The notes beneath the pieces are model-generated. The model ran no database searches, was not told the origin of the DNA, and saw only the letters and a list, made by a program, of their open reading frames with translations. Shown one piece after another: positions 13,130-24,585 of a stretch of DNA of 64,000 nucleotides. The translations under genes and the position numbers were made by a program. Source of the stretch: Pecten maximus (Eukaryota); contig NC_047021.1 in the NCBI RefSeq assembly GCF_902652985.1, positions 40,734,001-40,798,000 on the forward strand, given 5' to 3'. How positions within the stretch are numbered: the stretch's first letter is position 1; the number at the start of each line of letters is the position of its first letter.

Positions 13130-13660
13130 CTTAAATTTCGTGTGCCCTTCCTGGTGTATCCCACTCAAAACTATAACTTCAGAAACTCCAAACACCACTC
13201 CTTTTGTACTCTCAAGAAAAAAAAGCTTCTATCCTCAGTCATTCTTTCTTAAAACAATAAAAGATTGAAACAACTTACCTGAGCAAGTCCGCAATAGTTC
13301 TACAATTAAGCCATTCTTGCGAGGTATTACTGATCGCACATATGTGGTAGAGAAGCCTTTACACGTGTGTATGGACACGGAAAAGGCAAAATTAATTGAT
13401 GTAGAATAATAATAGGTTTCCGAGCACTGGGCATACGTAGGCTCTCCTACAACTTAACTCCAAATATATTCTGTGATCTATGTGAATTCCTCAGAAGATT
13501 GAAACATTTCTTTTAATTTGTCCAAAATATCACATTATCCTTGAAAATATACTTCCAGCAGCATATAATGAAATTGATCAAAACCTCTTTCAAGACTTGA
13601 CTGAAGCGTTAAGACACTCTTACTTGTTTTTGATGCCAACAAGGAAGCTTCAAACAAACC
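13130..13660 (+). mobile_element. Decayed CR1/L2-type LINE, ORF2 C-terminus
   Basis: QNYNFRNS...QSFFLKTIKD*NNLPEQVRNSSTIKPF, then a degenerate C..C...ED..HF..CPKY motif typical of CR1/L2 ORF2 ends. Confidence 0.65.
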
Positions 13661-14007
13661 TAATTTGATCATGTATTTGAATCAATTGAAAGTCCAACCG
13701 CTTCTTAATGTCTCCGTTTTTGTCTAGCTTGCGTCGAAGTCGCAAAGCCAGGTCTATGCTGTTACTTTTCAGATGGCGAAGGCGTCGTCGACATTTCGCT
13801 TTAAAGTTTTGCATTTAGATACGTTGATCAAATTGAATGAGTTCAACTTAAGCCAAACATGACAAATTGTTAGATCACAAAGTGGACATCTCATCATAAC
13901 CATCATTTACGGAAATTTCGTTCAGAGATTAGTTAAGTTACTCTGAAAATTTTAACCTGGACTTCCTTTTGTGTTTAGCTCAGTGTCTCAAAATGTATCA
14001 GTGTTAA

Positions 14008-14122
14008 TTGTTTGGTTTATAATTGTTTAAAGTCCTATCAACAGCTGATGTCATTTAAAGACGGCCTCCCGTGCGTGGGACATGCATGCGTGTGGTAGTC
14101 CGGAACTTTTGCCGATTTATAA
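14008..14122 (-). mobile_element. 3' fragment of the Meta/Deu-type SINE
   Basis: Matches the tail of the 43828-44368 copy (GTCCTATCAACAGCT..GTCATTTAAAGACGGCCTCCCGTGCGTG). Confidence 0.8.
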
Positions 14123-14714
14123 CGAAACATGGAATATAGTTGCACTGCAGTCAACTAATCTAAACACACCGTAAGGGTTACGTGAATTCTAAATTCGTGT
14201 TTCATATTGGCGTAAAATCCTTAGATTTAAAAAAAAATATCTCAAACTTCTCTATTGCATCTACAGTTGATTAGCAGATTAGTTGATAGCCAGATTTGTT
14301 TTCCCTTTTCAGAAAGAGATACCTTAGGAGTTAAAACATATCTTATTGAACTATGATATGTGTATACATGTTAATAGCGTATACAGAGTTTGTCATATTA
14401 TCAAGTTGAGGTATATAAGGTTGTTATTGGAAAAAATACTGAATTTTTTGTATTTTTGTTTGTTTGTTTAAAACTTACTAAACTAAATTGGTCAAGGTAC
14501 TGAACAATGAGTCATTCTTGTTTCTACATACATATCTTCTTTTCTAAATCTCTTTTTTGCAATTGTGTGAGTGTCTAACTGAAAGGGTATGGATGTGTGT
14601 CCCATGTTTGCCCTACATTCCAATCGTACATATTGAATTGTTTCGTTATATGTTGAGGAAAACATCTAGCTTGCATCCTCCATGCTATATGTTATCCTCT
14701 TCAAAGAAATAAAG

Positions 14715-16025
14715 AAGAAACCATTAAACCAAAATAATAATTGTTTTTCCACATTTGTTTTACGCGTATTTAACACGATAACTAACGTCCTCTTTGAAGA
14801 AGAAACGTCGACGCTTTCGCATGGAATACACAACGTTTATTGTCGCGTTAACAAGTTAACATAACATGATGCTACCCTCATTAAGTATTATAACTATGGT
14901 AAATAAAATATCCTCGCCTTCAGGTGACGATGATCACAAGGTGCTGATTTATATATTATAAAACATGATTTCATGTGAGTAACGAGAAATGTGAATTTGC
15001 AGCGTCACATGAATTTATCTGTCGTTAATAAAGGAACTTTTAACAACAATAGCAGTATTATTTGTCCTTTTTAATTCAGCTTACTGCAGCAAACGGGCTT
15101 CAGTTTCTGTACATGTCACCATATAATCACATATCCTTGCCGTATTTTGGAGTTGATTAAGATGAATCCATTCATCTTTCGGTAATGTTTCCGTACCACA
15201 TCTTATCTACAGATACATATTGTCTGTTTACATGGATTCTGCTAATAATCGCGTTTGTTTTAACTCGTGTTTTAATGTCTTAATGGGTTAAGTTGTTAGA
15301 TATATTCAGAACATTCATGTAAAACATTATTTTGTCCATTTCTTAACTTTCATAAAAAGGCAAAATTGATTATGTCTGGCTCGATGTTCCCCGAATCCTG
15401 ACTGCCGCTCGAACTAACACGTTTGCAACACACGATCCCTTCGAACGTCCAAAGATTCCAGAATAAAAACAGTACCATTTTTAGGAGATCGTGTTATGTG
15501 TCTAGGGCTTACTTCCATGCATACTATGTGATCCCTCCTGAGGATGGTGATTAGAAAATCAATGTGGATTCTGCTGTTTTCTCGCCTTTGATCTCTTATT
15601 CTTGATATGCATACTTGGTATCAAGGATGGAGCTATCTACTGAATTAAATCCGAAGACCAGCATAATGGTTATTTTACTGTTGAATTGAATATTCAAGCA
15701 CTTTTTTGAATTTCCGAAAAGACATCTGATGTATTCAGGACAAATATTGGGACACAAGTGATTTACAAGGACTACGGACCGATGTTAAGTACTCTGAAAC
15801 TGATAAACATCTAGTGGTGATCAATTGTCTGTAACCATTTTCTATTCCGAATACGAATGTGATGTCATGTGATTGACAGGTAACTGGGGTAGTTTATGCT
15901 TTGAATAGAATCAATAAAGCATCGTTTTCAAAAGGCGATGGTTGTAATACGCGATTTATCTGATTTCGGAAAAGTTTATTGAAAAATAAGACATAAAAGA
16001 ACTGTTTGATAATATGCAAATCCTA
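14715..16025. repeat. Old local duplication A, copy 2
   Basis: Paralogous to 10825-12270, with indels. Confidence 0.85.
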
Positions 16026-16149
16026 ATGGATTTGATGATTTTTGTGAAAGATTAAGCGTCGTATTAAGATATTAATTAAATAACAGGTGTTTATAGCTAT
16101 GGAATGAGTGAGGTGATTGGTCTATTGATGTATAAACCATAAAATCGTC

Positions 16150-16892
16150 TAAGGATGGATGTGAACAACCAGAATCATATGAGGATGGTGTGAAAGAGAA
16201 TCAGAAGTCAGGGTCATGTGAGGATGGGTGTGAAGGAGACATCAAAACCAGAGTCATATGGGGACGAGTGTGAACGAGACAATAACACCAAGGGTCATAT
16301 GAGGATTATATGAAAGAGACTTCAAAAGTCAGCGTCGTATGATTTGGTTTGGTTTATTATTTTACTGTCCTATCAACAGCTAAGGTCATTTATAGACGTT
16401 CTCCCGTGCAAGCGACATGCATGCGTGTGGTGAGTGCAAATTTGTGTTTTGGGATGCTGTTGTATGTTCATGTTAAGTCCCCTTGTGGTAGTCTAGAACT
16501 TTTGCCGATTTATAGGGCTACCTTACTGAAACATGCCGCCCAGCAGGACATACCATCCCGTCACATTATACTGACAACAGCCGAACCACTTGCCCACTTC
16601 TAAATACTGAGCGCTAAGCAGGAGTAGCAATTACCATTTTTAAGGACTCTGGTATGTCCCGGCAAAGGGACAGGACCCAAAGCCTTCCTCACATGGGCGA
16701 ACGCCCAACTGAAGGCCAAAAGCAAGGCATTGTCAAGGGAGACATTAGGAACCAGAAAGTTGTTAAAAAGAGAAAAGATAAGATCCCGAATTTAGTCGCC
16801 TCTTATGATCATGCCATGGGGGCGTCGTTTGAGGATGGGTGTGAACGAGACAATAACAGTAAGGGTCATACGAGAATAACTGTGCAGAGACA
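16150..16892. repeat. Degenerate minisatellite (about 40-bp unit) split by a SINE
   Basis: Units like GGGTCATATGAGGATGGGTGTGAACGAGACATCAAAACCA at 16150-16342 and 16822-16892. Confidence 0.75.
16343..16821 (-). mobile_element. tRNA-derived Meta/Deu-type SINE with truncated 5' extension
   Basis: Same family as 43828-44368. TSD GCGTCGT(A/T)TGA at 16332-16342 and 16822-16832; (AAACC)n-type tail. Confidence 0.88.
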
Positions 16893-19800
16893 CTTGTGCT
16901 GTGTATATATTACATGCATTTTGAACTCATGAAACTACGTCGAAGGAAATCAATTTCGTTCGTGACGTATCTTGTCAACGAATTTTCACCACTTAACCTT
17001 GATCATTGTCAACCCTAATCTAATACAATTATCCTTGACCCTAGGAACTTTTACCCCTATTGCATTTCTGCATATTACAATGCATGATGATGTGAAAATT
17101 TCAGAAATTTAGCATTTCTAACGGGATATCAGTGTAGAAATATATAAAAAAAAATATTGATTGCACGTGTTTTATACATTTCCAGTTATGTTTCTACGCT
17201 ATCCCGATATTCGTATGATTTCCAGTGTCCCGATTGACCACTAGATTAAGTTGGAAAACCCCTCTCAAATATAACCCACGTAACTGTTTTGAAAACAAGA
17301 CAGTCATTTTCTAAACAGGAACACTCGACTTGCAGAGACAGTATGTAAACACCTGTTTTTCGATATCGGAGTTGGTACATAGTTGTAACAGATGTTATTT
17401 GATAACTCGAAGTCAACTTAGAATTACGAAAAGGTGACATTTCTCTCCAGCATCTTACCAAATTATATGTGTAAACAACAACATACTTTTATGTTTGCCT
17501 CGCCTGTTAATACACACTGACCGGCAATGCCGAAGAATATGTGTATCGTCCACAAAGCCGCGGCTTGCGTGATCACCTACGAACAAAATGCTCGGAATTT
17601 CTTTTACTCTTTTGACCATATTTTTTAACTGACACTGTAACCCTTATAAACAGCACCTAAATCATTAAGGAAGACATTTTTTGTATAACAGGTGTGTTTT
17701 GCGTTCTGCGCATGCGTTGCCATATATGACGCAGAGACATTACATATCCAGACTTTTTAATCATTAAATCCTATCTTTATATACACATTTCAGAGAAATC
17801 CAATCGTCATTGTTCATAAGGTACACACAATATATGTTTTATAATGATGTCGCTTTCAGTTTTATTCAGTATATTCCTATTTTTATTTTTAGTAACAACG
17901 ACCTGATTTAAGGAACTTTTGAAACATCTATGTCACATCACAGGTAATCATGAAAAATCTCAGAAAATATTTCCTTGATGTATGGGCTCTAGATGATGTA
18001 TTCTTGAAAGCAGAATCCTTGTTCTAGTAACAGTGTTTTTGACCTCGACCTTGGAAAATATATAAACTTCCATGGCACTTCTGTGTATCATAATGTATCA
18101 ACATGTAATATCTATTAAAGTGTAAACTTGTATAAAGATGTTAAATGATAAATCTTTGACAGTAGTTTCCTGGATTTGACCTTGAACTTCAGAACTATAT
18201 AAACCTCCATGAAAATTCTATCAGTGTATAAATTAATAAGCATGTTATAATGCAGAAAGTTTGAGTAAACCTGTTCTAAATTAACATAGAATACATACAT
18301 AATCAAGAAACCAAAGATCCAACTCAAATTCGATAAAACTAAGACAAAATTTGAACAAAAATGTAGATTTGAAAGGAGACCATTGAAAAAGTACAATGAG
18401 AATAAAATCAGATGACCCGGAAGGGATACAACGTCTTACATAAACCTAGGTCAAATTAAATAATCCATTTTCATTGATGTGTTGAAATTGACCACCCATA
18501 CTGACAGTGGTGTAGTAATATATGCTTCTATTAAAGCCGTTATTATTCACAATAACAGTCTTACTTAAATGCTCCATAAGAAAATTTGCATGTCAACATG
18601 TAGAAACATCCTACATTTACAAATGTATATTGACATTTATGCGCTAAAAAACAGACCTTTGTTAAAGTCCCATGACAGACGGATGAGATTGTGACAGACC
18701 GTATGGAATCATGTGACCTCTAGTAAGTGTATTGTTTCGTGGCGTATGCCTATAAGTCCAAAATTGTATAATCATTACTTTTTTCGTTATAGTATCGATC
18801 CGCCCTACCTTTTTATGTAATAGTACGTTAAATATTTAATGTATAGTATTTAATTATATATCTGATGTACAGTTACACAGTGGTAGTTTGACTCGTTTAA
18901 ACAGCAAGAGTTTAATAAGTGGTGAGACAAATATATCATTATTCTCTATCCTGTATACAGTAGCTCTGGACCAGACGAATGGAACCTAGACGATTTCGAC
19001 TTAAGGTATTGTTCTCAAATATATGATCCGTGTTACATTTAGTAGATATATTATCGATGTGGATTTTCTTTCTGGTTATGTTATAATTTTAAGGTTTTTG
19101 GACTGATAAAAATAGTATGTACATGCCGACAAATTATTGTATTAACTGATCCGCGAGAATTTTGAAATTGTCTATAAAAATTGGTTAATATTTGAACAAA
19201 GTGGCATGTCTTTAAAACTGTTTATTTTAACCTGACAGCTGTTGTCACATTGCCAGTTATTTCCATTCAAAAAAATTTGAAGATATAAACTTACCTTCAA
19301 CCAAATATATTTTAATCTTTTTTCCATAAATGTGATGTTCATTATGTTTCAACAAAGGAAATGTGATATTATAAAGTGGCAAAATAACAATATGACCACA
19401 CACTTAAAAGGTTTGAAATGACCAGCCGAAAATTACATTTACCGTATATGAATTTGACAGCAAAAATTGACCTTTTTGGACTCACTGGGATTTGTCGTAC
19501 TACTGCACGTGGTATTTAACAATAAGCGTGGAACCATGCAGAATATGTTCTGATGAATCTTATATAACTTTAAAAAAAAAATAAATATTTAGATATGAGG
19601 TAAATTATTCGGCTATATTAAAACTGTTATGCAAATTTTGTAAGTGGGTATTAACATCTTTATAAACAAAATCAATTCGTCATACATTTGATTAAGAAAG
19701 CTGGCAAATAATGAACTTTATTCTGTTTACCATGAAACCATTCACTGGCGTGTGTATTCCGTTGACAGGATAATATGAAAAATAACAAACATACAGATAT

Positions 19801-19975
19801 TTTCTTATCTTTATTTAAGAGATAAAATTGGAAAGGGCATTTTATACAAGATGAAGATTTTAAAAAATAAAACAAATTATAATATGTCATCATAAGATGG
19901 CTATTGAAACTTAAGCAAAACATCATAAAGTCATCATGAACAGGCCGTTGTATCAGATAAATATCATAATAACAC

Positions 19976-20365
19976 GCGGGGCCGCGATGGCTGAGTGGTT
20001 AAGGTGTCCCGACACTTTATCACTAGCCCTCCACCTCTGGGTTGCAAGTTCGAAACCTACGTGGGGCAGTTGCCAGGTACTGACCGTAGGCCGGTGGTTT
20101 TCCCGGCTTTCCTCCACCTCCAAACCTGGGCACGTCCTTAATTTGTTTGGTTTGTTTTTGTTTAACGTCCTATTAACACCCAGGGTCATTTAAGGACGTG
20201 CTAGGTTTTGGAGGTGGAGGAAAGCCGGAGTACCCGGAGAAAAACCACCGGCCTACGGTCAGTACTGGCAACTGCCCCACCTTAACCACTCGGCCAACGC
20301 GGCGCCTTACGTCCTTAAATGACCCTGGCTGATAATAGGACGTTAAACAAAATAAACCAAACAAA
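19976..20365 (+). mobile_element. V-domain-type tRNA SINE (outer copy)
   Basis: A box TGGCTGAGTGG, B box GTTCGAAAC, V-domain-like GGCCGGTGGTTT..CCGGCTTTCCTCCACC. TSD ATCAT(A/G)ATAACAC at 19963-19975 and 20366-20378. Confidence 0.88.
20142..20308 (-). mobile_element. Second V-SINE nested in reverse orientation inside the first
   Basis: Reverse-complement copy with an internal deletion. TSD ACGTCCTTAA at 20132-20141 and 20309-20318. Confidence 0.85.
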
Positions 20366-20691
20366 ATCATGATAACACACCAAAAACTAAAATGACCTCC
20401 AAATAGATATCAGTATACATCCTCAGGTGCATATTCAACAGAAGCACGCTAAACGGTGACCGTCCCCTCTCTTAGTAAATATGGCGCAATATTTTATCTA
20501 TGTTCACCATAATGATATACAATATATAATGTAAACGTAGTGATTATGGTGCACTCAAATTGTAGTAAAACAAATTAGAACAATGATGAATTAGCATCCC
20601 GAAAATGCTTCCCTTAGAAACCAATATAAGCAAGGTGTGATCAATGCAATAAATAAAGCGGATTATTTTTAGCGCGAAATGCGCTAAAATG

Positions 20692-21130
20692 AATTGTTGT
20701 TTTCATTGAAACATATTATCCTAATAATTCATAGCATCTTTAATTCGTTTCAGTTGATAAGAGTCTTTTTTTTCGTAAAAATTCTATTTTGATCAATTCT
20801 AATATCATAAAGATCATTTGATGCAAGTTCAACCATTTATGCACTGTTTATTAACCCCTTATACTGTGAACGTATTTATTTTAGTGGATAATTTATTTTA
20901 GCGGCAAAAATGAATTAACCGCTAAAATAAATTACCACTAAAATAAATACATTTACAGCATAAGGGGTTAATAAACAGTGCATAAATGGTGGAACTTGCA
21001 TCAAATGATCTTTATGATATTAGAATTTATCAAAATAAAAGTTTTACAAAGAAAATGACTCTTATAAACAGAAACGAATTTAAGCTTCTGTGAATTATTA
21101 GGATAATATGTATCGATTAAAACAACAATT
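20692..21130. repeat. Long inverted repeat (170-bp arms) around a 99-bp palindromic mini-MITE
   Basis: 20692-20861 is the approximate reverse complement of 20961-21130. The centre (20862-20960, TACTGTGAACGTATTTATTTTAGTGG...CCACTAAAATAAATACATTTACAGCA) is also self-complementary. Confidence 0.92.
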
Positions 21131-21479
21131 TATCAGCGATTGTGATGTGGAAATTGATTCGGCGACAATTCAAATACACGCCGCCCTCCTTTGTGACGTC
21201 TTCATTCTAGCTATGATGTTATAGTCAAAATAATGAGAGCTTTCAACAAATCTAAACCTGGATAGGCAATTATACAAGCATGCCCATTACACAATGTAAT
21301 GGTCGTAAGTATTACTAACAATGGATTATTTACATTAGATGTGTTATAGTATGGGAGTATGGAATATAAAGAGAGAAATAAGAATTATATATATTTTATA
21401 ACAACCAATTTTGTTAATATTTGTCAATTATCTAATTTGATTTCGTTATGTTTACATTGATCGATTTGAATTAAACATA

Positions 21480-22026
21480 TTCCATTGCCTTTTCTTAGCA
21501 AGGGAATTAGGCACAAGTTGTTCAACTTAGTCCTTTTTCTACAATATAACTTTGGTATACATGTACACAAAAGGATTGTTTAGAGGATTCAAGTCTGTTG
21601 TTCAGAAGTTAGTTTATGCATTACGGAGATTGTGTTGAGAATTAATAGCAACAAGAGGAGGGAGCAAGGTGTTAAAATAGTAAGGAGAAATATGATTGTG
21701 TAATTTTTGTTTTGGAATTGGAATTTGAGACGAGATCGTCTCTTGGCTAAAAGTGCCCAACCCGATCCAGTATAGAGTGATTGTCTGCTCGTATAAGAAG
21801 GTCGACCAGTGACAATGGTGACATCAAATTCAAATGCTACGCGTTCTTGATAAGAATACTTATTTCTTAGGCTACGAATATTTAGTTGAAAAATAGTAAT
21901 GTCTTTAAAATAGTCATCAGGACCCGAATTCGGATGAACATCGTTATTTGTTAAAAGACGTAGTTGTAGAATAAAAAAAAAAGTTCGAATCATCCATAAT
22001 GGTAGGTAAAATAAGTTGAGTAGCAT
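21480..22026 (-). mobile_element. Internally deleted CR1-type LINE: 2A-like motif, start of APE endonuclease, probable 3' UTR
   Basis: LRLLTNNDVHPNSGP then ITIFQLNIRSLRNK..FDVTIVT (APE motif I). Homology then stops; a possible 3' UTR stem-loop lies near 21500-21540. Confidence 0.75.
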
Positions 22027-22639
22027 ACCCTAGATTGACAAAAGTAAACGTCATTCATGACCTGAACCCAATTACTAATTGAAGGAGATTAACCTGAAAA
22101 ATCTACTGATTTTCAGTAAGAACACTATCTTTGCATTGGTAAAAACAGTGGATGAGATACATTATCCCCATAGTCATCAGACGTTTTATAAGGCGACGGA
22201 CGGGTCTGTAAAGTTCACATATACACACTAGTACATATGAACATTCAGCAAGTAAGTAAAATAGAGAGGTCATAGAGGTCAATAGAGAACGGGAGTAGGA
22301 TATAGTTCCATGTATAGAAAGATAGTTAGAAGAAGCTAGGAATTGCATAAATTTCAGACATTTTTCATTAATAAACCATAAGTTGGAATTTTCTATAGTT
22401 CACGAATAAAAATAAAATAGCGTAATTATTATGATAATACGTTATGAGGAGTTTACAATGACATCTACTGGCAATACATGTCGACTGTTTGGTGTTAGGG
22501 GAGTAACTCAGCACAAAATCTAGATGCCTCGAAAACCAAGCTTTTTTTTCGTAATGAAACATGTGTAATACATATGATAATGCTTCAACATACATATCAT
22601 ATAGTCAAGCAAAACAATATTATTCAAAATCATGGCATT

Positions 22640-22805
22640 TGGACACAACAATTACTAAAATATGACGTTATAACGACGTCAATTGTTGAACGTTGTGTAC
22701 ACGTCAGAGATTGATATCGACCCGGATTTGTATTTTGGGTATCGACGTCATGACCATAATCCAACGTCGATACGACGTCTGACTGACGTCATGTGCCTAC
22801 CGGGA
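22640..22805. mobile_element. Short GACGTC-rich MITE-like element
   Basis: Clustered GACGTC/AACGTT palindromes, terminus GTGCCTACCGGG. Family not identified. Confidence 0.4.
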
Positions 22806-23596
22806 GGGGAGGATGTATGGAAGCAGATTTACACATTAGGAATTAAGATGATGGACAAGGTTTTGGAGATTTCATCATTTGAATTTGATCTTGGAAAATT
22901 ATGTGGACATATAAGAAAGTTATTATCGATATTAAGGTACACGAAAACACTACATGCATATATTTCATTTGGCCAATAATAAACTCATGTAGAAGTTCAT
23001 AAATCCGTGTTCTCGTTCACGCATGTCATTAAATTAGCAATAATCGACACGGCGATAAACATTTTAAACAATTCAAAACAGCAGATGATGTTCATACACA
23101 CTTAGAAAATACTGAATAGGAAAATACAGTTGTACATTATAATTGTACATGTATATAAAAAGTATCCAGCATAATGGATATTGCATAATACATGTACATG
23201 TACTTAACATTTTCAAGCAGGATAACTTGCCCGTGTGATTTACAGGACATGGATATATTGCTCTTCGTGCTAAAACGTTCACAATGCAAATTATATAGGC
23301 AACTACATCAGAGATCAAACATAATCATGATGACATAACATATATTTGTATACAGCAATTGCGAATATGAACCACACATCATTACAATCATATATCAGAC
23401 TTGTTTAGTATTTATGTGTCTTTTCCTCATGACCATATCTTTTTTAGCTTTTTTTTTCAGTGAATATTAAAAATCACTACATATTCATAAGGGAAGTAAA
23501 TTATATCCACAGTGGACTAAAATGTTGCCCTCTGGGATGCTAATGCTTAAAAAAATAACAACAATCGTGTTTATTATCGTATTCATAAAGGATACT

Positions 23597-23960
23597 TCAT
23601 AATTGACTGACGGACGCAAGTGAGATCTCCTGTGATAAACAGTCGATCGGAATATCCCTGATATTGTCTCTTGCTTTTAAGGACCCTCTTTTTATTTTCC
23701 AGTTTTTTAACCTACAGATAACTTGGTATTCGTTTTCTCCGGATGTTCCAATTCCAATCATGAGAGATCTGAATTGATCATCCGCGTCTTGATTGATTTT
23801 GAGATATCTCTTGCAGATATTAACAATATTTGGATCTATGTTATTTACTGCAACCCCACTGAGATGGACATTTGTTTTCTTCTGTAGCCTTTCAATAGCA
23901 TCACATTGCTGATGTCTAGTCTGTTTGAGAGGAGCTACTAATTCGGACATACCCGATGAA
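23597..23960 (-). mobile_element. LINE ORF1 relic (L1/CR1 ORF1, RRM-like), probably from the same element as 21480-22026
   Basis: ERLQKKTNVHLSGV..IVNICKRYLKI..DDQFRSLMIG..QVICRLKNWKIKRGSLKAR resembles the RRxNLxIxGV...HRIG...PIIVRF ORF1 pattern. It lies upstream of the 2A/APE relic on the same strand. Confidence 0.55.
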
Positions 23961-23964
23961 TACA

Positions 23965-24585
23965 GAGAGGTTGCACAACGAGTGGTTGTTGTATATGATA
24001 TTTCTTTTACTCGAGTCATTATTCAAGTTAGTATTCGCTAAAACTAGTGTTTTTTGTAACTTTTAAAAAATAAGTAACGAGAGTAAAGAAATACCATATA
24101 CATCAACTGTGACCTGTTTCGACCTGTGCCAACGTGTTTTTTTTTTACAATATCAGGTGTGGTGTAAGGATATGACCTAATTTGAAATACCGCTAATTAA
24201 TATGCAAAACTGACAAATTCGAAAATTTATGAAAATATTAAAATTTCTTACAAATCAAAAGAAAATAATAAGTAGGTTTTTTTATTTTAAAGCAATAAAT
24301 TGATAAAAAAATATATATACTTTCAAGAATATAACAAAACAACTGCGAACTACTTCTTAAGCGTTATCTTTTCCAGGACATCGTGAATGGACCTTCAAAT
24401 GTTAGCCAATCAAATTGCATTGAACCACGTGATTAAAAGATAGTCCCGGTCAAAGGTCACCGTGTCATCCAATCAAAACGCATTTAGAGTTTATTCCACG
24501 TGCGTCCACTGAATGTTATTCAACAGTTGTTATGATTATTTCATGCCTTGGAAATTGAATAACACTCACCTCTTGTGGTTGAAAT
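23965..24585 (+). mobile_element. Dispersed non-coding repeat, copy 1 (putative non-autonomous DNA element)
   Basis: Collinear with 62685-63290, from AGAGGTT(G/A)CACAACGAGTGGTTGTTGTATATG through ATAGTCCCGGTCAAAGGTCAC to CTTGTGGT. Confidence 0.8.

Noticed and set aside
19976-20070. tRNA gene
   Set aside because: The A/B boxes belong to a SINE head followed by a V-domain and tail; no full cloverleaf.
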